From positions 1-64,000 of the forward strand of contig NIVC01002321.1 of NCBI GenBank assembly GCA_002269645.1: a DNA stretch of 64,000 bases, given 5' to 3'. Of this stretch, positions 30,713 through 45,186 are shown piece by piece. Each line of letters opens with the position of its first letter. The first letter of the stretch is position 1. The notes under the pieces were generated by a model. It ran no database searches. It saw only the letters and a program-made list of their open reading frames with translations, and was not told where the DNA came from. Source of the DNA: Macrostomum lignano (lineage: Eukaryota). The position numbers were made by a program, and so were the translations under genes.

Positions 30713-33536
30713 CCCTAGTTGACAATCTTACAAACTGACTTGTCAGATCTGATTTCTCTTGAATAGTCTTATTAAATCTTCTCAGATCTGTTCAGAAAAT
30801 GTAAGTGACAGATAAAAATCTATGATTAGTATGTTTTGTATGCAAACAATATTTTCCTGCTTTAAAAGTCGAAAAAGCTTTTATAATGTGATAATTTAAT
30901 TCACTAATTCACAGTTTAGTTGATCTAACAGATTTCGCAAGGTGATAATGCAAGTTGCGATTGCATATGTATCGAAGGGAAAATTTATAATAGGTAAAAG
31001 GAGTACTGCACAGCAGAATTGTATTACATATAAAATTTCAGCATGATGTGTTTCATTTTTACAGTTTAGTAATCTTAAACTGATATTCCTATGTACATGT
31101 GTACACATATGTAGTCATTTTTACACTGTCGTAAAATATTTGCTAAATGTATAAGAAACTATAAAAACGTATTTGTACACTTAAGTAATATATAATAGTT
31201 GTATTTACTTATCTAAATGGGCAAAAAGGCAAGTTTATAAATAAAAAATGTGCCCTGTTTGTTTTAACTATGTTTTCTTTTAAATAAGCTTCTGCTGTAT
31301 TTACTTTCGTAGATCGATTTATCGGATATTCATCTAGGCTACAAATTTACCAACGCGTCTGCTAATTTGTAGGCCTAAGCCTATGAAAAGTTTTTTGCTA
31401 CTTTCTATTTTAATTTTTCAGTAAATACTTTATTTGCAATGCAAGTGACAAGAGCAGCCATTAATTGCCCGAGTCCAGGAAATGAAGCTAAAGTCTTTGT
31501 GTCTTTGTACTGCATTCTGTGCTGTGGTAGCATTTTTTACAAATCTTCAAGCTAACAGACACTCGATTTTCATCATGTTCTTTAGAAGCACGCCTGCGTT
31601 GAGATTTTGTAAGTATGGAGCTCTACATTGTTAATTAGAGAAAAAATGATGATAAGCATTGGCCTAGCCCTACTAGCCTACCTAGCCTAAGCCAAGCCCT
31701 AGGTAGGCACATGATGAAGATGGCCACAGCTCTAAATATCTAAATAGATCATAGGCCTAGGTCTATATATTTCCTCATTTCCTATTATTAGTATAATGGA
31801 GATAAGTAAGGGAGATAAGTACTAGGGCATATATATATATATAAAATGGAATTAGATTAGGCCTAACCAAACAAAAACTTGAAAAAAACAATTTTGTATT
31901 GTGAATAAAGTCTAAAAATCTGTTATTGCATGATATTTATATATTCAATTATAATTAAACTTCATAATTTACATAATGATGGCACTAGGGGGGGGGGCCT
32001 AAGTTATGAATTAATATTAAAAAGTTGATAATACAGAGATTAAAAAATTCTATGCTGTAGCCATCTTGGACTTGGTTTTACACCCTACATGTATCACTAA
32101 GCCATGTTGCCCTTCCATTGTCATTCTATCCTAGTTTGGTTTTCACATTTTTTTTCTAATTTTGACCTAGACCTAATTTTTTAAAAGTATTTGGGCTAAA
32201 AATATAGCAGTGAAGTATAATTTGCATATTTAAAAACATTAAGGCAAAACCTTTATGCTTTTTAATCATTGGGACAGATATTTTAAACCAAATGTGTAGT
32301 GTATAAAGGCATTGTCCAGTGTCCAAGCCATTAATTCTTTTATACCCGCAGCCACAGAGCCAACAAATCTGCTGTCAAGTTTGATTAATATGGTAAATCA
32401 TCAGATTTTAGAAAGAAGCAAACAAATGCTTTCAAGAAATCATGCAAAATATTGATTTTAACCTACCTGCAACTTGAGTAAGTATTGTGCATATTTCTCT
32501 GAAAAGTACTAGTGTATTTCATTATCATTATTTCAATTATTGTATATGTATACTCCACTTTATTTTTATTTCAAGATGCTTTTCGGGCTTGCTATGGATA
32601 GACACTGGAGAGCTACTTGGCTGTTGCTCAACCAAGCATCTAGATATTGTGCCAGGACAAGTGTCAAGAAGCACAGGTGTCAGCAAGCCAATCTGCCAAT
32701 GGCCGCAGCAGATGGCACTATGAATGGTGCTTGACTTGGTGTGTCAGTTTTTATAAAATTCTTCTTTAACTTCAAAGTTTCGGATTTGTTTGTTTTTTAT
32801 GTAATGCACTTAAGACACAAAATTAAAAAAGTAAGGTAAAAAATTACAGTTGCTTTTAACTTTTTGATTGATTAATTAACTAATTGCAGGTAAAACTTGA
32901 AGGAATTTTAAAAGTTTCCTTCATAAAGATGTCAATTAAAACAATTTTTGCTGTTGGTTTTAGTGCTAAATAGTTAAATAGAAGTACTGGTATAATAGTG
33001 AGTTAAACATCTTTTAATTGTTATTAAATTGTTATGCAGTGCTTAAAAGACCTTGCTTTTTGGTTTAGTTGTGACTGCATTTGCAGATGAATTTTGTTTG
33101 CATGTTTCTTTGTGCCAATTTTTCTGTCCTAAATAAATTGCCAAAGTTGATTTTTGGTTTTCTAATGCCTACAGTCTGTCTTGAATATAATTAAATGACA
33201 ATAATAAATGCTTTTTTCTAATAAATCCAACCTTATATTAAATTATTTATTGCTGTACATAAACACAAATATAAAGCTTTTTAAGCAATTAATTGTTTAT
33301 ATTCTTTTTCCTTTTATTAATATTCGAGCAAATCGAATATTAACCAAAAATGCTGACCATTGAATTCTGCATAGATAAACATATGCAAAATTTCCTGCGA
33401 TTTCTTGCCAGATCTTACCCAACTCTTGTCAAATCTTACAGGATACCTTAAGTAAGATCTTATAATTTCTTTGGAATTATTGAAGGAATTGGTAAGTCAG
33501 ATTTTGTAAGATTTGGCAAGTCATTGTCAACTAGGG
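30713..33536. mobile_element. Non-autonomous CMC/EnSpm-like element 1
   Basis: TIR ccctagttgacaat / attgtcaactaggg, 2-bp TSD AA, subterminal aatcttaca-type repeats and an AT-rich interior. Confidence 0.6.
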
Positions 33537-33683
33537 AAGATACTGGCGGGAGATTGCAGTGTTCTGCATACTAGATTGCAATGTCCTGCAAAAAGATGCT
33601 AGCTCCATTTCAGTTCGTACTGATCCTGCACTGTAGCCTGCACTGCGCACTGGCCTGCCAGACGACTCTAATGGATTCGATCA

Positions 33684-36600
33684 CCCAGTGAAAAATGATA
33701 CATGGATTCCACGTGGGTTCCACGTGGCCATGTGGAATTTAAATGTTTCTTTATTTTTTGCAAATTATTAACTTAAAGATGACATAATGGTATGCAAAGT
33801 ATTTTTTATGCATTATTTTTTTATTTTTACTGTCCTAATGTTGATGTGGATTTTACAAGGAATTCATGAGAAATAAGCGTATATTGATTCAACATGGAAT
33901 CCACTTCGGTAAAAAACTGTGATACACCACATTCAGACATTTTTAGGAAATTACTATAATTAATTATTATATTTATATGTTTTTAAGTAAAAATTAATAT
34001 CTTAAAGCTAAATTATAATCGGCAAATAAGACACTGTTTGTTAAAATAGACAAAATAGAAGTGAACAATAAAAAACGCTTTGTGCTTTTTAAAATTAAAT
34101 TTATTTTATTTTATATTCATCAATGTTTTGATTCAAGGCCTTGAAAGATAAATTGCCTTGTTTATGGCTATTTAAGCACCTTAAAAATTTTAGTAGACCT
34201 AGCCTAGAGGCAATAACTTATCAGGCCATAGCCTCCATGAGATTAGAAATTAGATAAATCAGTATTTTATCATAGATAGGCCTAATACTTTTGGTAAAAT
34301 CCATGATAAATTTATTTAGGCCTAGGCCTCCAATTTCTAGGAATCCCATGGCCATGTCCATAGATTGGCTACTCATTTTTTTAACTTAAATAGGCCTTTA
34401 GAAGTTCATAATTTCCTCTTAGTCCTACCTATTAGTCCTATCTATTTATATGTATGCTTAATAGGTGTATTTTAAGCTAGGCCTGCTATAACTATCAATT
34501 TAGGTCCTTCTATTTTAATTAAGGTTAGGACTAGCTTGACTTTGTGAATTGTGACTAGTCAATCTAGTTAATATGTTAAAAATCAATTAATTTATGATTT
34601 TCTTCAAAAAAGTCTGTTAGCATCTTTTGGACTTGTTGCATATTTTAAAAACAATATTATTAATTATAATAAATAATTCTTTGCAATTACACTTGCAACT
34701 TGCTTTTGGCATAGCTAGCCTAGCAGATCCCTAAGGTTGCTAATAAAAATAAAGAATGATTATTGTAAATTTGATCTGATTTAGGCCAAGTCCAGAATTT
34801 AATTTTAAGCCATAGGGCATAGCTATTTAGGCTTAGGTTAGGCCTAGGCCTAATGTTTAATTATACTATTTTTTTTATTAGAGGCAGGGGGTTGTGTGCA
34901 CCCTGGCGCACTTTAAGCGACATAGGCACACAACTGGCAAGAGGCATTGCTGCCCATTCCGCCGACTCCCCTGAGCAGGCACACAAGTATTCGGATATGT
35001 ATGCAAGCACACTCACACAGGAATATACAGCGGCCCTAGCTTTATTTATCGTTAGGCATGTATACTTCACTGTGCCTTGGGGGGTTGGCTCTCAAGGCCA
35101 TTAATTGCATGAGCAGAGAGCCAAGCTGAGATTCCAATTCAGCCCCAAATTAATATGATTGCACTTGGATTCGAGCTTGGGTCGCTGGCACACCAGAGCA
35201 GCTGCGCTACCACTTGGCTACGGCCCCCCTTTTAATCATACTAGGCCAGCAAATATGAAAAACATGCATTGCTTTGCCTAAATACTTTATAGTCTAAAAT
35301 CAATTTTAAAATAAAAAATTAAATTTATAGAAACATATATTAATTATTTTTATACTTATTATTTTAATTTTATTAATTTTATTTTATTGATTGACTTAGG
35401 TAGGGTTTTCTTTTTTGCTAGAGACAAGGTGCAAAATCATACCCTATGCTCACTTTTAGGGTTTTATGATTTTAAGGCTTAGAATGCAGTTTCTTTTTTT
35501 TCTTATATAAAGGCAATGCAAATAAGGCTTCAACATAAAAATAGGTAATGAGATCGCACCTAAACTGTATCAACTTTTTAATTTCAGTTTTCAAGGTACA
35601 ATTTTAAGATTTAGGGTGCACTTGACTTACTTGACTTAGCTGCAGGGGGCTCTGTGCATCCGGAAACAGCAAGGAGGCATTGCTGCCCATTTCGCTAACC
35701 CCTGGCAAAGGCATATGCACACTTTGCGCTTAAAAAATAAACCTAGGACTTAGGCCTAGTTAATTTTAAAATAAACTTTATTAAGTATTCATCCTTAAAT
35801 TAGTTTTATGAATTATATCAATATTATCTATCAATCTTAATTGGCAACAATTATTTTTCTATTTCATTTCAGCCTAACATTACATGGCCCATCCTCAAAC
35901 TTGGATGTCACCTTGGTCTTGCCTTTGAAGAAGCATGCAAAGCTACTTGGAATTGGAATTTAATATCTCGAATGCTACCTTTTGTGAAGCAATGGTAAGT
36001 TTTAGTTATAAACTGATTTTTTCTGTCATCAAAATCTGTTATAAGATCAAAATCTATCAAAATCTATTACAAAATCTATTATCAATCTGTTATAAAATTC
36101 TGTAATTTAACCCTTTTCTTTTCTAAGGTTGCTCACCTGACCTGAAGAAGCAGCATTCTGGCAATTGGCAGCAGCATGTTTCTGACTGTTCTAATTCTGG
36201 TGCATTATATTATTGTTAATTAATTAATGCTATTGACAATGTCAATTTCAAATTATATATTATATCATATGCGCAGCGCAACTCTAAAGATATCAATATC
36301 TACATCAGTGTGTTTATTCTTTGTGTGCTAGTGACTCACTACTGTACATAAATACACCTTACTTATTGATACATCCTTTTTGAATATATTTTTGTGCAGA
36401 AATATTTTTGGCTATAGCTAGTGTTTTATCTGTGTTTCAGTTTCTTTTATATGGTATTGAGATCTGGGGTTTGTATGAAATTTTGAGATCTGGTATTATT
36501 TTGAGATTTAGGATGCAACAATTTATTATGGCAACCAGTATAATGGCTGCTTACTCAATGACAATGTGGATTCTATGTGAAATACATAATTACTTCCATG

Positions 36601-36715
36601 TGGATCTTCCATGTGGAATCCATATCTTGATTCCACATGGATGGACGGAGACAAATGCACATATGGATTTCATATGAAAAATCCACATGGAATCCATATC
36701 ATTTTTTTCACTGGG
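33684..36715. mobile_element. Non-autonomous CMC/EnSpm-like element 2
   Basis: TIR cccagtgaaaaatgatacatggattccac / gtggaatccatatcatttttttcactggg-like, 2-bp TSD CA, and subterminal ccacatgg/ccacgtgg repeats. Confidence 0.65.
34896..35229 (-). mobile_element. SINE family B, most complete copy
   Basis: Minus-strand head gggggccgtagccaagtggtagcgc...agctcgaatcc (A and B boxes). 3' end cgcttaaagtgcgccagggtgca. Confidence 0.8.
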
Positions 36716-36779
36716 CAATTGAGCTCTGTCGCAGAACAAGCAGGCAACACCCCGATAATTAGCGACTCTCCATTCTAGC

Positions 36780-37000
36780 GCTGATGTCTGGCTCAGCTGA
36801 AAGAGCTCAACGCCTGCTAGACCGGCTGACGGCGGCGGCCGCTGTGATTGGACTGTCCGTGAACACCAAAAAGACGATGGTGCTGACCGTACCGACGGAC
36901 CTCCCAGCGGAGTCGATAAACTGCCGCTGCAAAAACTGGCAGGCGCGGCATTGCTGCCTCGCTGCAAAGAGTTCGTCTACGTACTCTAGCTAGCTTGGCG
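36780..37000 (+). mobile_element. LINE (RTE-like) reverse transcriptase fragment
   Basis: SAERAQRLLDRLTAAAAVIGLSVNTKKTMVL...KEFVY corresponds to RT domains 6-7. Confidence 0.8.
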
Positions 37001-40000
37001 GTCTGGTGCCAAGCATCACGAACTACATGTACATGGCACACGGCGCAGGGCTCTTGCCTGGGGCGCATTCCGCACCGTGCGGACTGTCCGCCCTGCCGGA
37101 TCGGCTGAGAGGGAAATAATTTCTTTAAAAAACTTTTTATATTGCTCGAGAAATAATGAGTCTCCTATACTAAACACAAATGTACAACGACAAAAATTGG
37201 ACTTGGGATAGGGGAGAACAAGCAGCAATGGGGTAATAAAAGGGACTCATTTATGAGCTTAAGTTTACATAATATTCATTTACAAGTATAATATTCGTCG
37301 CGTTTTTGCCAAACCCTGCTTCCTAGTGTCACTGTGTCTCTGTGAGCCGAATGACGTATTATTTGTGTACATATAGGTTACTCGGGCTCCAATTTATAAG
37401 CTTGTTGACGACAGGCCCTTTTTAAAAACATATACTCGGAATTACTCAGATTTTAGTGGCACATTCTGATTAAAAAACTCTGACTAGAAACTATAGATTT
37501 CACGAGATTCCGAACCTAGTGTTCTGATTATTTTGTTACAAGAACTGAGGGCACAAAAGAACTTTAACTGCTTCTTCACAGTTAGGTAATTTGGTAGTAA
37601 AACAAAATAAAAGTAAGGAAATTTGTTTTGGCTAGCAAAACGCTTTTTTACTTCTTTCTCAAACGATTTTTTAAAGAAAAGTTAACTATATAAAACATTT
37701 TCTTTAATAAATAAATTAAAAAATAGAACTTGTTAAGATATGATTTTGTCAATTATGTTTATTTTTCTTGAGAGGAAGCGTTTTTTTACTGCAAGTCAGG
37801 AGTATTATCTTAGCTTGCGTTTGCTATATTTTTTTAAATTTATTCCGTGGAAGTAAAAAAATAATATTTTTTAAACATTTTATTTCGTGTTCTGAAAAAT
37901 TTCGTTGCTAAAACATTCCCACTGAGTCACTGACTGGGTTTATTTTTTGTGCACAGTGTGTGTATGCACCCTAAATTTTAAAATTGCACCTTGAAATTAA
38001 AAAAAGTGGGTGCAGTTTAGGTGCGGTCTCATAACCTATTTTTCCGTTGAAGCCTTTTTTGCACTGCCTTTAAATAAGAAAAAAGAGAAATTGTACTCCG
38101 AGCCTTGTAATTGTACCCAGAAAGTGAGCATAGGGAGGGGAGGGTGAGGGTGCAATTTTGCACCTTGTCTCTGGCGAAAAAAACCCTGCCCACTGACATC
38201 ATTCCCTTTTTCAAGTGAGGTAGTTCTGGAATCTAATATGGTATTTATAATTTATGGTAGGCCTAGTTCTTTTTTAAAAGTAAAATTTTATTTAATCTTC
38301 TAGGCTCTTTATGACTATATAATATATTCTTTATGATAATATTTAAAAAAATATGAATACAAAAAGCTCAAATATTCTATATGCAATGCCTACAGATCTA
38401 TAATTATAGTAAAGTCAATATTAAGAGATATGGTCACTGTTATTCTGTTACTATCATTAGGGCAAAATCTTTAATTAAAGAATTAACATCTATATGACTG
38501 GGTAGTTCTCAAATTAAGGTCATGATATTTTGGTACAGAAAAAAAGTTTTTGAATAAAGTAATTATTTTGCAAAAACGATTCTTTCATCAATTTAATTAA
38601 AAAACTGCCGTTAAACCACAAGAAACCAAATATTTAAGACGAAATCTAGCAATTTGTTATTTTTCGCAACGGAAAATAAAACAACCAAAAATTGTGAAAT
38701 AATGCAAGTTTTCTTTTATTTTTTTTATGAATAAGATACATCTTTTATTCTATTGTTACTATTTGATAAGTATTATTTCAATAGAAAATGTTATTTTTAA
38801 ATCAACATTTTGTTTTTTTCGTCTAAATTGCTTGTATTTAAAATTATCGCGTAACAAGAAACACCTGAAATAATTGATATTGTACCACTCAAGAACTTAA
38901 TTATTGTACTTAAACACCAAAATATGAAGCTTAAAATCTACAAAAGTGGTTTAGCTAAAAATTAGGCTTGCAAAATATGTCTTTTAAAGCATTAAAACTT
39001 TTGTAACTCATATTTGTAACTCAATATTCTAACTCAAAAAAAGTTTTTTTGAGTTAGAATATATATAGAAAATGAGCTAGGAAGCCATTTCTTTTAAAAC
39101 CTAAAATACATGTATTTTTTTCGAACAGACTTGCGTCTTTTTAAAAAGAATTCAGCAAGCATTTATATTCTGCAGTAGTATTTATATACTAGGCCTATTT
39201 TACTATTTTACTATACTATTTTCTTATGTAATTAGGCTGCATAACTACTAAAAGAACAGCTTATAAATTTAAATTAAATACTTTGGTCTTGGTAAGTTAA
39301 TTGGCCTATTACAGACGTCTGACTCGGCAGCCACATGGATCACTGCACAATTGCTCTGGCGAACCTCTGTAATCAATTCTGGCCCTGCACTAGCTGTCAT
39401 GCTTGGTATACAATTCGTCTCAATTAATAAATTACATCGATGCCTGCAGAACTAACCACATCCAAAGGACCACTGCACATCTTAGCACTGTGGCACGTAC
39501 AATGATGCTGGTGTTCTGGCAGAGAAACAGGTAAAAGTGCAGCAAATGGCATTACATATCCGTCTGAGAGGTGTGCAGTTTACAGTGCTTTAGCCAATTG
39601 GGTCAGTAGAATTAAATCGATCACATTAGAATAAAAGTAGATGTTTGCTGTACATGTAACAAACCAATAGCAAGATACTATTGGATGTCTTTCCTTTCTA
39701 CTGATGCTCGTACATCAGCTGGCTGTCTCCACAGGCCACAGCTCATCGCATTCTCTGTTAACCGCCGCTTCAGTGCTGTCAGCCGCACTTAACTGTGTCT
39801 GGCCTCAGTATATAGTCAGTCCCAATGGAAAATCATCATCTAAAACATCTCTAAAGCATAATTGTCAATCGAAGAGTAATATAAAATATAGTATGTCTGT
39901 TATGGTACTGCCATGACTTATCTGTTAAACACTTCAAAAATTTGTGTGGCAGCACTCTGTAGAGATTCCATCTTTCTGTACCATATTTAATATTACATTG

Positions 40001-41275
40001 CCAGCATCAATGGCAATTAAGTTTTTTCTTTTATCTTTTTTCTTGTTAGTAGCTATATGCATCCAAAGGTGGAAAATATCAACTGAATGTTTAAGTTGCT
40101 TCATGTATATCTTTAATGAATTGCAGAACATATGAGAATGAATTTAATGTTTCAAAGAAATTAATTTTTTGTGCTTCAGACAGCTAATTTCATTGATAAT
40201 AAATCAGATGCAAAATTGTTTTAATACTATTTCTTGACAAATCAAATCATGCAACTTTTTTATTATTCGTTACTCTTATTTTATTTTCAGTTTCTACTAC
40301 CTCTTGTTTTGACTCATTATGTTTACTTGTAACTTACAATACAAATTGTAAATCAGTTTAAAAAAAATTGTGTGAGAACAACAAAAAACAACTGTTTTTA
40401 AGAGAAAAATAGTCGATTTTATCTACATAAATCAAATTCTGTTTGTTCTGACTAACATATTGGGTGATCAATAGCAAAAATTCATCTAAATACATAAAAA
40501 AACATCCAAAAAACCTAACAATGTGCTGAGAAATTTTTTTTTCATAACTAGAGAAAAAAAAGTGGTACTTTTTCTCATCCCACAGATGAGGACTTTGAAT
40601 AAAAATAACTTTGGTGCTACTTGCTTTGTTGTAGTCAGCAAAATCTCTCTTTGTTAGGTTAATTTTGTGCTATTGAAAAAAACTTAAATTGAATTTAATT
40701 AACTTTTCTTTTTTAATATAGAATGAAACTGCCTTAATTGATATTTTAGTGTTAGATATGACTATCTTTCTTAAAAAAACAGCAGAAAACGCAGCTATTA
40801 GCTTATTCTATCAACAGAACAAATTAATTAAAAGTGGATTTTTTAATCATTCATAATGTTACGTTTCTAGCAAAAATCGAAATAGCAACATCTGCTTTGC
40901 AATCGAAAGAGTTAAATGGGTTCTAGGTTGTGCTAACCAAAGTTTTAAATAACATTTATCAATTTTCTTCTTTAATAAGACCACGTGAACAGAATGTAGC
41001 TTCTCTAAAGTGGGTATTATAGCTCGTGCGATAAAAAAAATATATATCAAAAAAATGAAATAGCGCACTCTATTGAGATTAACATCAAAAGTTCAATGTT
41101 AAAAAAGATTAAGACCCATGAGAGGCATTTATTTTTTAAGTCCATTTAGAGCTAAAATAAGAAAAGATTCAATATTTCGGGCTGATTTTCAAAAATATTT
41201 GTTTCACTGCTTACGACTAAACTTTGAGAACAACCCGACTATATCATTAAATCATTGTTCTTTGATATCTTATAC

Positions 41276-42344
41276 CAGGGTCTCAATTGTGTATTAGTGC
41301 TAACTAGAACAAGAATCCTATCTTAGCTAAATGTATACCAATTGATGCCAATCGCCAGTATAGGCCTATGTTAAAAAACAAAAGATTCCTAGCTAAAATG
41401 TATGCCAAAAATTTCTCTTAAAAGCATTTGGTTTTCATGAGTTAAGTCTTCTAAGAAAAGGTTTTGTATATAAAATTAATGATGTACAAAATTTACATTT
41501 TTAGCAATACTTTTTACTAATTTTATTTCTTGTTAATTTTAAAAAAAGAAAACCAGTTATCACTAACGTTATAGACTATGCTAATTTTTTTATAATTTAC
41601 ATTAAAATGTTAATTTATATTACAATTTTCATGCTTGGCCAAAATTTGTATATAAAAAATTAACATGAATTTGTATGTCAATTTGTACTCCAACTCTGAA
41701 AGGGGTCATTCATATATTAGAATTTTCCCAGACTCTGGAAGGTTACATATATGCTAGAAAATTCTGGTGTACAAATGACCTCTTTGAAAGTTGGCATACA
41801 AATTTTGTATATAAACTTATGTAAATGTTTTTGGCATACAAATTTTGACACACAAATTCATGTCAATTTTTTTCACATACTAATTTAGTAAATAAATTTA
41901 TGCTGTGCATGAAAATTATAATTCAAATGAACACTTTTATGTAAAATAAAGGGAAATTTTTATAGTCTTGAAAGTCAATGATAAATTTTTTGCTTCTTTA
42001 AAATTAACAATAAAAAATTAATTATTATAAATTATTGCTAAAAATGTAGATTTTGCATTATTATTTCTATAGGTTTAATTTAAGTTTGTTTAAAATAAAA
42101 ATATTTGTAATATTTTAAAAAGACTTTTTGTACAAAAGTCTTTCTAATCTTAGGAAACTCTACTTGTGAAAACCGAATGACCTTTTTTAAAAGGAATTTT
42201 TGGCGTATATTTTAGGGAAATTTTTTGTTTTTGGCATATACTGGTATACATTTAGCTGAGATAAGATTCTTGCTCCGTCATACACTATTACACAATCCAG
42301 GCCCTGAGAATTTTCTGGCATATATGTAACTTTCCAGAGTCTGG
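41276..42344. mobile_element. AT-rich foldback element / compound MITE
   Basis: About 41276-41715 is an imperfect inverted copy of about 41770-42306. 41728-41765 is an inverted copy of 42307-42344 (2 mismatches in 38). Confidence 0.65.
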
Positions 42345-43840
42345 ATCCTACAACAACTTTGAATTAAATATTTCTCATAGGTGCATATCATTCTAATAAT
42401 AAGAAAAATTTATTTTTAAGGTTTAATAAAAATTAATGCCAAAAACTTGCTTATTTTAGTAAAGATACAAATCAAAATTAAGAAACTCCAAAAGCTCAGT
42501 CTTGATCAAATCTTATATTATATTGTCAAAAATATTGAATCTCAAAAAGCTTAAAAATTTAATATAATTTGACCCCTAGCAAAATGGTACATTATATTAG
42601 ATACTAAATAATCTCTACCTATAAAAATCAAAACTCTGTCTGTGTGTGTGTGTGTGTGTGTTATATTATATTTATAGAAAATTAGGCCTACAAAGCTATA
42701 ATGCTAATGGGTATTTGTTTTTATTTTTATATAGACCATTTTATTTTTTTAATCTAAATATTGCTATGTAGTAAATTTATAACAATACCTTGAAAATATC
42801 AAACTTTAAAAGAGTAGTACTTGCCTTGTAAAACATTTAATAAAATTTATAATATAAACACAATTAATATTGTTAGTGATTGGCAAATTCCCATAGTCTA
42901 AAAGGTGGCCTTTATATATTTAATAGAAAGTTCTAGTATGTTTTTTCTCTTATACTAATAATATTAATATAAACATAATATATATAATTTTCTAATCCAA
43001 TTTTAGCATGCATAGCACTAGTAACATTGTTATTGTTGTGTACTTAATACCAATTTTACAAACTTTTAGACTCTTGCTTATTTTAAAAAAGCCTAAAATT
43101 TTAGAATTTAGAATATTTTATTCGTGCTAATTTGTAAGTTTGATTTTATATTATTTTGATGCTTGTTGTTTTGCCCTTAGCATAACTTAAATCTATGATA
43201 ATAAACTGATAGTCAAAATAATTTGTTATAAATATTAATGAATAATAAAGAACAATTAATTAGTAACAATTATTATAAATGCTTTAATACTAAAATTAAC
43301 TTTTAATTAAAATTAAAATTAAAATTAATGATTAGAATCCTGCTTACTTTTTATATACCAATGTCTTAAAGATACCTAAAAGTGCCAAATATTTAAAGAG
43401 GCTTTAAGAAAACTATACTAAAAATATTGAATTATCTAGATGCATTTAAATGCAATAGGCTTGCTTTCCTTTTCCTATCTATTAACTACTTAGAATTTGT
43501 ATGCTATGCTAATATTGTCACTTTTTTGTCTACTTCATATAAATGCTAATTTAATTTTAGTATATTTAATCATTTTTAGTATATGGAGATATATTTCTAG
43601 GGTTAGTATTTTTTTAGATTTATTTGTGCTTCCATGTAGTTCTTTGCAAACTAAAGATAACTATAAAGGTTTTTTTGACATACAGAGTTAACTGTGCTAT
43701 AATATGTACTATATATATTTTATAACTTTAGTACAGATCCTTCCAAACGCCCTCCAAGCCTCAAAATTCGCAGAATTGCATCAAAATCTTCAGAACGATC
43801 TCAAACTTCTCGAAGTCGTTTTAAACTTCTCAAAGTCGCC

Positions 43841-44645
43841 TCAAACTGATCAGAATCATCACAAACTGATCAGAATCATCTCAAACTAATCAGAATCATC
43901 ACAAACTGATCAGAATCATCTCAAACTAATCAGAATCATCACAAACTGATCAGAATCATCTCAAACTAATCAGAATCATCTCAAACTGATCAGAATCATC
44001 TCAAACTGATCAGAATCATCACAAACTGATCAGAATCATCTCAAACTAATCAGAATCATCACAAACTGATCAGAATCATCTCAAACTGATCAGAATCATC
44101 TCAAACTAATCAGAATCATCTCAAACTGATCAGAATCATCTCAAACTGATCAGAATCGCCTCAAACTGATCAGAATCATCTCAAACTAATCAGAATCATC
44201 TCAAACTGATCAGAATCATCTCAAACTGATCAGAATCATCACAAACTGATCAGAATCATCTCAAACTAATCAGAATCATCACAAACTGATCAGAATCATC
44301 TCAAACTGATCAGAATCGCCTCAAACTGATCAGAATCATCTCAAACTAATCAGAATCATCACAAACTAATCAGAATCATCTCAAACTGATCAGAATCATC
44401 TCAAACTAATCAGAATCATCTCAAACTGATCAGAATCATCTCAAACTGATCAGAATCGCCTCAAACTGATCAGAATCATCTCAAACTGATCAGAATCATC
44501 TCAAACTAATCAGAATCATCACAAACTGATCAGAATCATCTCAAACTGATCAGAATCATCTTAAACTGATCAGAATCATCTCAAACTAATCAGAATCATC
44601 ACAAACTGATCAGAATCATCTCAAACTGATCAGAATCGCCTCAAA
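43841..44645. repeat. 20-bp tandem array (about 40 units)
   Basis: Unit tcaaact(g/a)atcagaatcatc. Confidence 0.97.
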
Positions 44646-45186
44646 CCCGCCACAATCGCCTTGAATAACACCGACCTTAGTCTGTCCGTCTCTGTAAGTG
44701 TATAAATATTTGCATAGAAATAATGACTTGCAGAGTTTTGCATAAAAATCCAATTTAGTGTGCGGTATTATTAGTAGTAGAGGTTTCTGCTTCACCAGAG
44801 GACTGCTGAAGTGCATTGTTGGTCGGGAATCCTGATGATTTGTGCTACACTTCCTGATGAATGACAAATGCCAGCTTCCCTACAGCTCTGCTTTAACTTG
44901 TGCGTAAATTAATTAGAAAGGAAAATGAAAATAAGTTTGCTGAAAGAACTGCGCAGATTTAAATATCAACTGTATGCACCTTTAGCTCTTAAAAATTTGG
45001 CCGCGGGTCTCTAGGCTATTCTGCAGTTTATAGTTTTCTTATAATAAGTCAGTTAATGGTAAAAAAGACTATAAAAACATGAAATGGAGATGGATATAAA
45101 GTAGTTATTAACTTATATCTAGCTAGTTTATAAACTAAGGGCTTAAGACTCTCGAGAATTAGCAAATGGTGTGATTCTAGAAGAAG

